A stretch of 64,000 nt of DNA from the NCBI GenBank assembly GCA_046045415.1, contig JBJOLT010000042.1, positions 17,468 through 81,467 on the forward strand, written 5' to 3'. This document shows positions 36,711-46,138 of the stretch, one piece after another. Position 1 is the stretch's first letter. Each line of letters begins with the position of its first letter. The stretch comes from Chloroflexota bacterium (GTDB taxonomy: Bacteria > Chloroflexota > Limnocylindria > Limnocylindrales > CSP1-4). Below the pieces are notes generated by a model, which had not been told where the DNA came from, did no database searches, and saw only the letters and a list, made by a program, of their open reading frames with translations. Both the position numbers and the translations under genes were made by a program.

Positions 36711-37357
36711 TCGGCCGACCCCCCGGATCCCGTGAGCCCGCGGATCCCGAGCGCGGCGGCGAGCCGGAGGTCCTCGGGCGTGTCGAGATCGAGCGCGAGG
36801 GGACCGTCGAGCTCCACGTAGGCGACCCCGGCCGCCGTCGCCGCCGCGCGGTGGGCGGCACGGCTCCCGGGCCCGAACGAGAAGTCGATCGCGCCGGGCG
36901 GTGTGAGGAGGAGCGCGTTCGTCCCCTCGCCGTGGCGGTCCGGCGCGAGGACGACCGACGCGCCGTCGGGGCGCGCGGCGATCAGGCCGGCGAGGGCGGG
37001 CGTCGCGGGATCCGCGAGATCGGCGGGGAGGACGAGGAGGCTCGCCGCCCCGAGCTCGAGCGCGACCGCCCGCGCCTCCTCGAGCCCCGGGTTGAGCCCG
37101 CTGCCGCGCTGGCGGATCGGGACGACGGCCGTCCCCGCGCGGCGGGCGAGCGCGAGGACCGCATCGTCGCCGCTCACGACGATCGTCCGCCCGACGCCGG
37201 CGCCGGCGGCCGGGGCGAGCGCGTCGAGCGTCCGCGCGAGGAGCCGCGCGACGAGGTCGCGCCGCTCCCCGGCGTCGAGCGCATCGCCGAGGCGCGACTT
37301 CGCGCCCTCGAGCGCGCGGACGGGGACGACCGCGACGACCGGGCCGGGCGCCGTCAC
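36707..37357 (-). CDS. cofC: 2-phospho-L-lactate (or PEP-derived) guanylyltransferase CofC/FbiD
   Basis: GTG 37357 overlaps the cofD stop. 216 aa. VVPVRALEGAKSRL, GLNPGLEEA and DLDTPEDL. Confidence 0.8.
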   Translation of the reverse strand: MTAPGPVVAVVPVRALEGAKSRLGDALDAGERRDLVARLLARTLDALAPAAGAGVGRTIVVSGDDAVLALARRAGTAVVPIRQRGSGLNPGLEEARAVALELGAASLLVLPADLADPATPALAGLIAARPDGASVVLAPDRHGEGTNALLLTPPGAIDFSFGPGSRAAHRAAATAAGVAYVELDGPLALDLDTPEDLRLAAALGIRGLTGSGGSAE

Positions 37358-38304
37358 CGCGCGACGCCCGCGGCGTCGAGCGCGAGCCGCGCGACGCGGG
37401 CGCGCCCAGCGTCGTCCCGCATGATCGTGTCGCCGACGACCGCACGGATCCCGAGCGCCTCGACCGCCGGTGCGAGCCCCCGGTCCGCCTCGTCGATGAC
37501 GAACGCGTCGACGATCCCCGCGTAGAGGCGGGCGACGCCGAGGGCGGAGACCTCGTGGCCGAGTGAGGCGAGCATCCGGTCCGCCGGCCCCTTGAGCGCC
37601 GCGCCGGCGACGATCGGGCTCACCGCGACGACCGCGACCCCTCGCGCCCGTGCCGCCGCGAGCCGCTCCGTGAGCCCCGGGAGCGCGAGGATCGGCCCGA
37701 TCGAGACGAGCGGGTTCGACGGCCCGATCAGGACCGCCGCGGCGGCCTCGAGCGCGGCGGCGACCTCGGGGGTGGGGCGGGCAGCCTCGACGCCTGCGAA
37801 GCGGAGCTCCCGGACCGCCGGCTCGTGACGGCGGCGGACGAAGTAGTCCTGGAACTCGAGCCAACCGTCGTCCGTCCGGACCTCGGTCCGGACGGGCTCG
37901 TCGCTCATCGGGAGGATCGACGGCGCGAACCCGAGCGCCGCCCGGAGCGCGGCCGCCACCTCGGTCGGCCGCTCGCCCCGCCGGAGCCGCTCCGTCCGGA
38001 AGAGATGGGTCGCGAGGTCGCGGTCGCCGAGGCGGAACCACGGGTCGCCGCCGAGCGCTCCGAGCGCCTCCATCGCGATCCACGTCTCCCCGGCGAGCCC
38101 CCAGCCGCGGTCGCGGTCGTCGCGGCCGGCGAGCGTGTACGCGACCGTGTCGTGATCGGGCGAGACCTCGAGCCCGTGGCGCACGAGGTCGTCCGCCGTG
38201 TTGACGACGACCGTCAGCCGCTCGCCGACGAGCGCCGCGAGCCCGTGGGCGAACTTCGCGCCGCCGACGCCGCCCGCGAGCTCGACGATCGGTCCCGCCG
38301 CCAT
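37354..38304 (-). CDS. cofD: 2-phospho-L-lactate transferase CofD/FbiA
   Basis: ATG 38304 inside ORF 37354..39195. 316 aa. LAGGVGGAKF, WFRLGDRDLATH and IGPSNPLVSIGPIL. Confidence 0.88.
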   Translation of the reverse strand: MAAGPIVELAGGVGGAKFAHGLAALVGERLTVVVNTADDLVRHGLEVSPDHDTVAYTLAGRDDRDRGWGLAGETWIAMEALGALGGDPWFRLGDRDLATHLFRTERLRRGERPTEVAAALRAALGFAPSILPMSDEPVRTEVRTDDGWLEFQDYFVRRRHEPAVRELRFAGVEAARPTPEVAAALEAAAAVLIGPSNPLVSIGPILALPGLTERLAAARARGVAVVAVSPIVAGAALKGPADRMLASLGHEVSALGVARLYAGIVDAFVIDEADRGLAPAVEALGIRAVVGDTIMRDDAGRARVARLALDAAGVAR

Positions 38305-38306
38305 CG

Positions 38307-39269
38307 CTATGGCTCCAGGAGCGCGGCGACCTCGCCGATCCGCGCGAGCGTCTCCGCGTCGTACGGGGCCGGCATCCGGACGATGAAGGTCCCGAAGCCC
38401 ATCGCGAGGTACGGCCTGAGCCGGTCGGCGATCCGTTCCGGCTCCCCGACGACGGTCGGCGGGCCGTCGATCCCCTCGATCCCGTTGTGGGCGCAGAGCT
38501 CGGCGAACCGCCGCTCGGCGGCCGCGAGCGAGTCCCTGACGACGATCGGGAAGCTCGCGGTCAGCTCGATCGTCGCGAGGTCGCGCCCGACGGCGGCGCA
38601 GTGCTCCGCGAGGATCGCGAGCCGCTCCCGGGTCTCCTCGACCTCGCCGGCGGTGTTCCAGCCGTCGCCGTAGCGGGCGGTCGTGCGGAGCGTCTTCTTC
38701 GGCCCGGAGCCGCCGATGAGGATCGGGAGGCGAGCCTGGATCGGCCGGGGGGCGTGGACCGCCTCGTGCATCTCGTAGTGCGCGCCGCGATGCTCGCCGA
38801 TCTCCTCGCCGTCGAGGAGCCGCCGGATCAGCCCCACCGACTCGTCGAGCCGGTCGAGGCGCTCGCCGAAACCGCTCCCGAAGTCGATGCCGTGCGCCTC
38901 GTGCTCCCGCTCGAACCACGCGCCGCCGATCCCGAGGACGGCGCGGCCGTCCGTGACGTGGTCGAGCGTCGTGGCGAGCTTCGCGGTGAGGCCCGGGTTC
39001 CGGAACGTGTTCGCCCCCACCATCAGGCCCACCCGCACCCGCGACGTGAGCGCACCCACCGCGGCGAGCGCCGTCCAGCCCTCGAAGATCGGCTGGCGCC
39101 ACGGGCCGAAGATCGCGAGGAGGTGGTCCCACGTCCAGACCGAGTCCCAGCCGCCGGCCTCCGCCGCGAGCGCGGCGTCGCGGAAGCCCACCCACGAGGT
39201 CGCCTGTGACCAGAGCTGGGCGCCGAAGCGGACCGGCGGTCGGGGCAGAGGCGTCGTCGGGGGTGTCAT
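38307..39269 (-). CDS. LLM-class (luciferase-like) F420-dependent oxidoreductase
   Basis: ATG 39269 inside ORF 38307..39371. 320 aa. FDSVWTWDHL, RVRVGLMVGANTFRNP and LGIGGAWFEREH. First gene of the cofDCE operon. Confidence 0.8.
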   Translation of the reverse strand: MTPPTTPLPRPPVRFGAQLWSQATSWVGFRDAALAAEAGGWDSVWTWDHLLAIFGPWRQPIFEGWTALAAVGALTSRVRVGLMVGANTFRNPGLTAKLATTLDHVTDGRAVLGIGGAWFEREHEAHGIDFGSGFGERLDRLDESVGLIRRLLDGEEIGEHRGAHYEMHEAVHAPRPIQARLPILIGGSGPKKTLRTTARYGDGWNTAGEVEETRERLAILAEHCAAVGRDLATIELTASFPIVVRDSLAAAERRFAELCAHNGIEGIDGPPTVVGEPERIADRLRPYLAMGFGTFIVRMPAPYDAETLARIGEVAALLEP

Positions 39270-39538
39270 GGGCGAAGGATAGGCGGCGGGCCCGGCGGCG
39301 GCGCGCCCGCGCGAGTGGCGGGTGACCGCCTCGCTCACCGCCCGTTTACACATCACCGCTGGAATCCGCACCGGGTTCTGCGCTACCTTTCACGTGCCTG
39401 TCCGGCCGCATCCTTGCGAGCGGTCGTCGTCCGGCGCAGCAAGGAGGGCCCGCCGACCGCCACGGCACCACGACGGCGCTCGCGCGCCGGCGCCGGGCCT
39501 CGGCCGACGGGACCCCGCAAGCAGAGGAGACCGTCGAA

Positions 39539-40705
39539 TTGCGCACTGACCGGTCACTGACCCGCATCGTCGCCCTCGGGGCGGTCACGGCGATCCTCGT
39601 CGCGGCCTGCTCGTCGGGTGGCGCGACCCCGGCCCCGTCGGAGGAGGCGAGCGCCGCCCCGACCGCGGCCCCCACGGAGGCGCCCGCCGACCCGATGGCG
39701 GAGCTCGTCGCCGCCGCCCAGGCCGAGGGGACGCTCACGACGATCGCCCTCCCGGACGACTGGTGCAACTACCGCGAGGTGATCGACACCTTCAAGGCGA
39801 AGTACGGCCTCGCGGTGAACGAGCTCGACCCGAACGCCGGCTCGAACGACGAGCTCGAGGCGATCAAGGCGAACAAGGGGAACACCGGCCCGCAGGCGCC
39901 GGACGTCGTCGACGTCGGCCTCTCGTTCGGCCCGCAGGCGAAGGCCGAGGGGCTCCTCATGCCCTACAAGGTCGCGACCTGGGACACGATCCCGGACGAG
40001 GTCAAGGACCCCGAGGGCTACTGGTGGGGTGACTACTACGGCGTCCTCACCTTCGAGGTGAACACCGCCGTCGTGAAGAACGTCCCGCAGGACTGGGCGG
40101 ACCTCCTCAAGCCCGAGTACAAGAACCAGGTCGCCCTCGCGGGCGACCCGCGCTCGTCGAACCAGGCGATCCAGAGCGTCTACGCCGCGTCGCTCGCGAA
40201 CGGCGGCTCGCTCGACGACGCCGCGCCGGGCCTCGAGTTCTTCAAGAAGCTCGTCGAGGTCGGGAACTTCGTCCCGACGATCGCGAAGCCGGGGACCATC
40301 GCCCAGGGCGAGACCCCGATCACGATCCGCTGGAACTACAACGCCCTCTCGAACAAGGACGCGCTCGCCGGCAACCCGGAGATCGCGGTCGTCGTGCCGC
40401 AGACCGGCCGGTTCGCGGGCGTCTACGTCCAGGGGATCAGCGCGTACGCGCCGCACCCGAACGCGGCGAAGCTCTGGCAGGAGTTCCTCTACAGCGACGA
40501 GGGCCAGCTGCTCTGGATGAAGGGCTACTGCTACCCGATCCGCTACGAGGATCTCAAGGCGAACGGCAAGATCCCGGCGGACCTCGCCGCGAAGCTGCCG
40601 GACGTCACCGGCGCCGTCTTCCCGACGCTCGACCAGCTGAACGCCGCGAAGGCGCTCATCACCGAGCAGTGGGACGCGGTCGTCGGCGTCGACGTCGTCG
40701 AGTAA
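39539..40705 (+). CDS. ABC importer substrate-binding lipoprotein (family 1, PotD/AfuA-like)
   Basis: TTG 39539, 9 nt after AGAGGAG. Lipoprotein signal ILVAACSSG, then a Pro/Ala/Thr-rich linker and a solute-binding-protein-like body. Confidence 0.85.
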   Translation: MRTDRSLTRIVALGAVTAILVAACSSGGATPAPSEEASAAPTAAPTEAPADPMAELVAAAQAEGTLTTIALPDDWCNYREVIDTFKAKYGLAVNELDPNAGSNDELEAIKANKGNTGPQAPDVVDVGLSFGPQAKAEGLLMPYKVATWDTIPDEVKDPEGYWWGDYYGVLTFEVNTAVVKNVPQDWADLLKPEYKNQVALAGDPRSSNQAIQSVYAASLANGGSLDDAAPGLEFFKKLVEVGNFVPTIAKPGTIAQGETPITIRWNYNALSNKDALAGNPEIAVVVPQTGRFAGVYVQGISAYAPHPNAAKLWQEFLYSDEGQLLWMKGYCYPIRYEDLKANGKIPADLAAKLPDVTGAVFPTLDQLNAAKALITEQWDAVVGVDVVE

Positions 40706-40733
40706 CCCGCCGCACCACCGAGACCCAGCACCC

Positions 40734-41633
40734 GTGACCTCCGGGTCCACGGCAGCCGAGGCGCCGGGCATCAGCCCGGCGCCTCGGCGCTTCCCGCTCG
40801 CGTGGCTCGGGGTCGTCCCGTTCTTCCTCTTCGCGATCGGCTTCCTCTTCCTGCCGATCAGCTACCTCGTCATCGGGAGCTTCCAGGATCCCGCCGGCGC
40901 GCCGACGCTCGCGAACTACGGCGGGCTCTCCACCGAGATCGTCCTCAAGGCGTACCAGAACAGCGTCCTCATCAGCGCGATCACCGCGCTCGGCGGCGGG
41001 ATCTTCGGGTTCCTCCTCGCCTGGTCCGTGATTCTCGGGGGGCTCCCGCGGTTCCTGCGGACCGCCCTCACGACCTTCTCCGGGGTCGCCTCGAACTTCG
41101 CGGGCGTCCCGCTCGCGCTCGCCTTCGTCTTCACGATCGGGAACAACGGCCTGCTGACGATCCTCCTCCAGGAGCAGCTCGGGTTCAGCCTCATCGACGC
41201 GGGCTTCACGATCTACTCGATCTGGGGGATCGCGATCGTCTACATGTACTTCCAGTTCCCGCTCATGGTGCTGATCATCGCGCCGGCGATCGACGGCCTG
41301 CGGCGCGAGTGGCGGGAGGCCGCCGAGAACATGGGAGCGACCCCGTTCCAGTACTGGACCGGCGTCGGGCTCCCGATCCTCATGCCCTCGATCCTCGGCA
41401 CGGTCATCCTGCTCTTCGGGAACGCGTTCGGCGCCCAGGCGACCGCCTTCCAGCTGACCGGCGGGACGATCCCGATCGCCCCGGTCGTCATCGGCGCGCA
41501 GATCCGCGGCGACGTCCTCCGGAACCCCGGCCTCGGCTACGCGATGGCGATGGGGATGGTCGCGATCATGACCGTCTCGATCTCCGTCTACGTCTGGCTC
41601 CAGCGCCGGTCCGAGCGGTGGCTCCGCTCGTGA
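40734..41633 (+). CDS. ABC importer permease
   Basis: GTG 40734. 299 aa, multi-TM, with an EAA-type loop (IDGLRREWREAAENMGATPFQ). Confidence 0.85.
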   Translation: MTSGSTAAEAPGISPAPRRFPLAWLGVVPFFLFAIGFLFLPISYLVIGSFQDPAGAPTLANYGGLSTEIVLKAYQNSVLISAITALGGGIFGFLLAWSVILGGLPRFLRTALTTFSGVASNFAGVPLALAFVFTIGNNGLLTILLQEQLGFSLIDAGFTIYSIWGIAIVYMYFQFPLMVLIIAPAIDGLRREWREAAENMGATPFQYWTGVGLPILMPSILGTVILLFGNAFGAQATAFQLTGGTIPIAPVVIGAQIRGDVLRNPGLGYAMAMGMVAIMTVSISVYVWLQRRSERWLRS

Positions 41634-42505
41634 GCGGCGCCACCCGCCCCTCCCGCGGTCAGGGGCCCGGCGCGCGCCGCCGGCGCGGCCTCGGCTCGCC
41701 GATCGCGTGGGTCGTCTTCGTCCTCGGCGTCGCGTACTTCCTCATCCCGCTCCTCTCCACCTTCGAGTTCTCGCTCCGCGCGGCGATGAAGGACCCGGTG
41801 ACCGGCGAGATGATCAAGCCGTCCTTCCAGGCCTACGCGCTCGTCTTCAAGGACTCGAAGTTCGTCGACGCGCTCGCGTACTCGTTCCGGATGGCGCTGA
41901 CGACGATCGCCGTCAGCCTCCTCCTCATCGTCCCGACCGCGTACTGGGTCCGGCTCCGGCTCCCGCGGCTCCGGCCGGTCGTCGAGCTCGTGACGCTCAT
42001 GCCGTTCGTCATCCCGCCGGTCATCCTCGTCTTCGGGCTGATCCGGACCTACAGCGGCGAGCCGCTCGCCCTGACGAACTCGGAAGCGGGCGCGGACCTC
42101 CTCCTCATCGGGGCGTACGTCGTCCTCTCGTTCCCGTACATGTACCGCGCGGTGGACACCGGCCTCGCCGCGATCGACGTCCGGACGCTCACCGAGGCGG
42201 CCCAGAGCATGGGCGCGAGCTGGCCGCGGATCATCTGGGCGGTCATCTTCCCGAACCTCCGCTCCGCGATCCTCTCGGGGGCCTTCCTCACGATGGCGAT
42301 CGTCATCGGCGAGTACACGATCGCGAACTTCCTCGTGGGGCAGAAGCCGTTCGGGCCGTACCTCTCGCTCCTCGGCCAGAACAAGGCGTACGAGCCCGCC
42401 GCGGTCTCGCTGATCAGCTTCGGCATCACGTGGGCGGCGATGTTCGCGCTCGCGCTCGTCGGTCGAGGGACCCGCGGACGGGTCCAGGTCGCCGGCGCCA
42501 GGTAG
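41630..42505 (+). CDS. ABC importer permease
   Basis: GTG 41630 overlaps the upstream stop (GTGA). 291 aa, with the loop IDVRTLTEAAQSMGASWPR. Confidence 0.85.
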   Translation: MSGATRPSRGQGPGARRRRGLGSPIAWVVFVLGVAYFLIPLLSTFEFSLRAAMKDPVTGEMIKPSFQAYALVFKDSKFVDALAYSFRMALTTIAVSLLLIVPTAYWVRLRLPRLRPVVELVTLMPFVIPPVILVFGLIRTYSGEPLALTNSEAGADLLLIGAYVVLSFPYMYRAVDTGLAAIDVRTLTEAAQSMGASWPRIIWAVIFPNLRSAILSGAFLTMAIVIGEYTIANFLVGQKPFGPYLSLLGQNKAYEPAAVSLISFGITWAAMFALALVGRGTRGRVQVAGAR

Positions 42506-42517
42506 ACGAGGGAGACG

Positions 42518-43621
42518 ATGGCCTTCCTGACCCTCTCCGGGATCCGCAAGGAGTTCGGGGCGTTCACCGCGGTCGAGCGGTTCGACCTCGAGGCGGAGCG
42601 CGGCGAGTTCATCTCGTTCCTCGGGCCATCCGGCTGCGGCAAGACGACGACGCTCCGGATGATCGCGGGCTTCGAGGCGCCGACCGCCGGACGGATCCTC
42701 CTCGACGGGGCGGAGATCACGAGCGTCCCGGCGAACCGCCGGAACGTCGGGATGGTCTTCCAGTCGTACGCCCTCTTCCCGAACATGACGGTCGCCGAGA
42801 ACATCGCCTTCGGCCTGAAGGTCCGCCGCCGCCCGAAGGACGAGATCCGCCGGAAGGTCGACGAGCTCCTCGGCCTCATCCACCTCGGCGGGAAGGGCGG
42901 GAAGTACCCGTACGAGCTCTCGGGCGGGATGCAGCAGCGGGTCGCGCTCGCCCGCGCCCTCGCGATCGAGCCGGGGATCCTCCTCCTCGACGAGCCGCTC
43001 TCGGCGCTCGACGCGAAGATCCGCGTCGCGCTCCGCCAGGAGATCCGCTCGATCCAGCGCCAGCTGGGGATCACGACCGTCTACGTGACGCACGATCAGG
43101 AGGAGGCGCTCTCGCTCTCCGACCGGGTCGTCGTCATGAGCGAGGGGCGGATCGAGCAGATCGGGACGCCGTTCGAGGTCTACAACTTCCCGACGACGGG
43201 GTTCGTCGCGAAGTTCGTCGGGACCCTCAACGTCGTCGAGGCGACGGTCGTCGACGCGGCGGCGGGCGTCGTGAGCGCCGTCGGCCAGCAGCTTCGCGCC
43301 GCCGGTCCGATCGCCGGCGCCGCGGCGGGCTCCCCGGTCTCCGTCGCGCTCCGGCCGGAGCGGGTGGTGCTCGGGGACGGGGGCGGCCCGAACCGCCTGA
43401 CCGGGACGATCCGCGACGTCATGTTCCTCGGCTCGGTGGTCCGGCTCCGGGTCCGCCTCGCCGACGGGACGCCGCTCCTCTTCGACACGTTCAACGATCC
43501 CCACCTGACGCTCCCGGCGCGCGACGACGAGGTGACCGTCTCCTTCCCGACCGAGGCGTGCCTCGTCCTCGGGCGGGAGGTCGCGGAGCGCGGACCGGAC
43601 ATCGTGGAGGTCGAGGGCTGA
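42518..43621 (+). CDS. ABC importer ATP-binding protein (PotA/FbpC-like, with a C-terminal regulatory domain)
   Basis: 367 aa. GPSGCGKTTT, LSGGMQQRVALAR and LLLDEPLSALD. Confidence 0.92.
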   Translation: MAFLTLSGIRKEFGAFTAVERFDLEAERGEFISFLGPSGCGKTTTLRMIAGFEAPTAGRILLDGAEITSVPANRRNVGMVFQSYALFPNMTVAENIAFGLKVRRRPKDEIRRKVDELLGLIHLGGKGGKYPYELSGGMQQRVALARALAIEPGILLLDEPLSALDAKIRVALRQEIRSIQRQLGITTVYVTHDQEEALSLSDRVVVMSEGRIEQIGTPFEVYNFPTTGFVAKFVGTLNVVEATVVDAAAGVVSAVGQQLRAAGPIAGAAAGSPVSVALRPERVVLGDGGGPNRLTGTIRDVMFLGSVVRLRVRLADGTPLLFDTFNDPHLTLPARDDEVTVSFPTEACLVLGREVAERGPDIVEVEG

Positions 43622-44376
43622 CGCCTCAGGGCGCCGGGCCCCGCCGGCTCGAGCGGTACGCGTTCGACCCGGCGGCGATCTCGCTCGCGATCTTCGACAA
43701 GGACGGGACCCTCATCGACTTCGACGCGATGTGGGCGGGCTGGGTCGTCGGGCTCGCGGGCGGGCTCGAGGCGGCCCTCGGCCGGCCGCTCCGCGACGAG
43801 CTCTACCTCGCGCTCGGCTTCGACGCCGCCGCCGGCCACGCGATCGCCGGCGGGCCGCTCGCCGCGACCCCGATGGCGGAGATCCGCGAGCTCACCCGCC
43901 GCTGCGTCCGCGGGCTCCCCGGGGTCGACGACGCCGCCGCGGACGCTGCGGTCGCGGGCGCCTGGACCGCCCCGGATCCCGTCGCGAGCGCCGCGCCGCT
44001 CACGGACCTCCCGGCGCTCCTCGGCGGCCTCCGTCGCCGCGGGATCGGGGTCGCGGTCGCCACGTCGGACGACCGGGCGCCGACGCTCGCGACGCTCGAG
44101 GCGCTCGGGATCGCCGCGCTCGTCGAGGGGATCGTCTGCGCCGACGACGGCCTCCCGGTGAAGCCGCGCCCGGACGCCGTCCATGCCCTCTGCGCGCGGC
44201 TCGGCGTCCCTCCCGCGCGGGCCGCGGTGATCGGCGACTCGCCGGCCGACCTCGGGATGGCCCGCGCCGCCCGGGTCGGCCTCTCGATCGGGGTCCTCTC
44301 CGGCGTCGGGAGCGCCGACGACCTCGGGCCCCTCGCCGACCTCCTCCTCCCCTCGGTCGCCGCGCTCGAGTCCTGA
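43618..44376 (+). CDS. HAD-IA family hydrolase; start uncertain
   Basis: Last part of ORF 41707..44376. Motif I is IFDKDGTLID, motif II VATSD and motif IV VIGDSPADL. There is no ATG or TTG near motif I. The candidates are CTG 43618 (CTGA junction) or GTG 43558 (64-nt overlap with the ATPase). Confidence 0.7.
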   Translation: MTPQGAGPRRLERYAFDPAAISLAIFDKDGTLIDFDAMWAGWVVGLAGGLEAALGRPLRDELYLALGFDAAAGHAIAGGPLAATPMAEIRELTRRCVRGLPGVDDAAADAAVAGAWTAPDPVASAAPLTDLPALLGGLRRRGIGVAVATSDDRAPTLATLEALGIAALVEGIVCADDGLPVKPRPDAVHALCARLGVPPARAAVIGDSPADLGMARAARVGLSIGVLSGVGSADDLGPLADLLLPSVAALES

Positions 44377-44386
44377 GCCGTCCCGC

Positions 44387-44785
44387 TCAGAGCTCGACGT
44401 GGATCGCGTCGGGGGCGAGCCGGAAGCTGATCCGCTCCTCCGTCCGGAAGCGCTCGATCATCGCGTCCGCGACGTCGGGGGCGTGGCGGCGGGCCATCGC
44501 GGCGATGTCCGCGAGCGCGACGGCGCGGTCGTCGACGACCGTCACGCGGCCGCGGAGGCCCACCCAGCCGCCCCCCTCGGCGACGGCGAACGAGAGCCGC
44601 GGATCGCGGAGCAGGTTCGACGGCCAGCGGCGGCCGAGCGCGCTGTTCACGACGACCTCGTCGCCGTCGCGGAGGTACCAGACGTACGCCTGGTGCGGCC
44701 ACCCGTCCGGGCCGACGGTCGCGATCGTCGCGTGGCTCCCGCGGTCGAGGAACGTCCGGACCTGGTGGGGGAGCGGCAGGCTCAT
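44387..44785 (-). CDS. pyridoxamine 5'-phosphate oxidase-like (PPOX-class, probably F420/FMN-binding) protein
   Basis: ATG 44785 inside ORF 44387..45112. 132 aa. FLDRGSHATIATVGPDGWPHQAYVWY and LRGRVTVVDD form the split-barrel pattern. Confidence 0.75.
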   Translation of the reverse strand: MSLPLPHQVRTFLDRGSHATIATVGPDGWPHQAYVWYLRDGDEVVVNSALGRRWPSNLLRDPRLSFAVAEGGGWVGLRGRVTVVDDRAVALADIAAMARRHAPDVADAMIERFRTEERISFRLAPDAIHVEL

Positions 44786-44828
44786 CGCGGCGGATGGTAC
44801 GCGAGAAACATGGCAGGATTCCCCGGCG

Positions 44829-45305
44829 ATGAGCGCCACCCCTCGCCCGACCGTGGAGCCGACGCATCCGTGCGTCCGGTGCGGCGTCGCCGTCCCGCTC
44901 GACGTCGCGCTCTGCGAGTACTGCAACCCGCTCGGCCTCCCGCAGCCGGCGAGCAGCCAGGTCCACGGGACCGTCTTCGTCGCCGTCTTCGTCGCCGTCG
45001 CCGCCCTCGCGATCCTCGGCCGGCTCGCGCTCTCGGGGATCGGCCCGTTCTCCGGCCGGGTCGTCGACGTCGCGACGAGCGGTGCCGCGCTCGACGTGAC
45101 GCTCTCGGTCACGAACGAGGGTGAGTCGGCCGGTGCGGCGACCTGCCGGATCTACGACCCGGCGCAGGGGGAGGCGCTCGGCCCCGACTCCGCGTTCGTC
45201 ACCAGCCCGCGGATCCCGGCGGGCGGGACGGTCGCCTTCCTCGAGCGGATCACCGAACTCGGCGGGCAGGAGCGGCAGCTCGCCGTCGCGTGCACCGGAC
45301 CGTGA
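44829..45305 (+). CDS. hypothetical zinc-ribbon / single-TM protein
   Basis: ATG 44829 within ORF 43731..45305. 158 aa. CVRCG...CEYCN ribbon, one hydrophobic helix (VFVAVFVAVAALAILG), then a beta-rich ectodomain. Confidence 0.5.
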   Translation: MSATPRPTVEPTHPCVRCGVAVPLDVALCEYCNPLGLPQPASSQVHGTVFVAVFVAVAALAILGRLALSGIGPFSGRVVDVATSGAALDVTLSVTNEGESAGAATCRIYDPAQGEALGPDSAFVTSPRIPAGGTVAFLERITELGGQERQLAVACTGP

Positions 45306-46129
45306 GCGGCGCCGGAAGGAGCCGCTGGGCGGCCGAGCTCGACTTCGCGATCCGCGCGGCACGGGACGCGGGCGCGATCGTCATGGAGCGCTACGAGCGG
45401 CTCGAGCGGATCGAGGCGAAGGGCGCGAAGGGCTCGAAGGACGTCGTCACCGAGGCGGACCACGCCTCGGAGGAGGCGCTGATCAGGGCGATCCGTGCGA
45501 CCTTCCCCGGCGACGCGGTCTTCGCCGAGGAGTCCGGGGCGCACGACGGGGGCGAGGGTTCGGCGACCGGCGGTCGCGGGCGGACGTGGATCCTCGACCC
45601 GGTGGATGGGACCGTGAACTATGCGAACGGGATCCCCTTCTTCGCCGTCTCCGTGGCGCTCGCGGTCGACGGGCGACCCACCGTCGGGGTGGTCCTCGAC
45701 CCGGCGCGAGACGAATGCTTCGCCGCCGCGGTCGACGGCCCGGCGACCCTGAACGGCCGCGAGATCGGCGCGAGCCCGAAGGAGCGGCTCGGCGACGCGG
45801 TGATCGCGCTCGGCCTGAGCGGCCGAGCGGTCGTCGCCCGGACCCGCGCCGCCCGGAAGGCGGTCCGCGTCTCCCGCTCGATGGGCTCGTCCGCGCTCTC
45901 GCTCGTCTACGTCGCGAACGGCCGCTTCGACGCGTTCGCCCAGGAGAGCGGCCAGTCCGCGTGGGACGTCGCGGCCGCCGGCCTGATCGCCGAGCGCGCC
46001 GGGGCGACCGTCACCGACTTCGCCGGTGCGTCCTGGTTCGAGATCGCCCGTCGCTCCGGGTCGTGGGGGGTCGTCGGCGCCGGCGAGCGGATCCACGCGC
46101 CGCTCCTCGAGCTCGTCCGGCCCCGCTGA
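45302..46129 (+). CDS. inositol monophosphatase family protein
   Basis: ORF 45290..46129. GTG 45302 gives a GTGA junction. FAEESG, WILDPVDGTVNY and WDVAAAGLI motifs. Confidence 0.82.
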   Translation: MSGAGRSRWAAELDFAIRAARDAGAIVMERYERLERIEAKGAKGSKDVVTEADHASEEALIRAIRATFPGDAVFAEESGAHDGGEGSATGGRGRTWILDPVDGTVNYANGIPFFAVSVALAVDGRPTVGVVLDPARDECFAAAVDGPATLNGREIGASPKERLGDAVIALGLSGRAVVARTRAARKAVRVSRSMGSSALSLVYVANGRFDAFAQESGQSAWDVAAAGLIAERAGATVTDFAGASWFEIARRSGSWGVVGAGERIHAPLLELVRPR

Positions 46130-46138
46130 CGAGGGCGG

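Noticed and set aside
45290-45301. ATG 45290 as the IMPase start.
   Set aside because: GTG 45302 forms the GTGA junction typical of this genome, and the extra MHRT residues add nothing. The evidence either way is weak and the difference is 4 codons.
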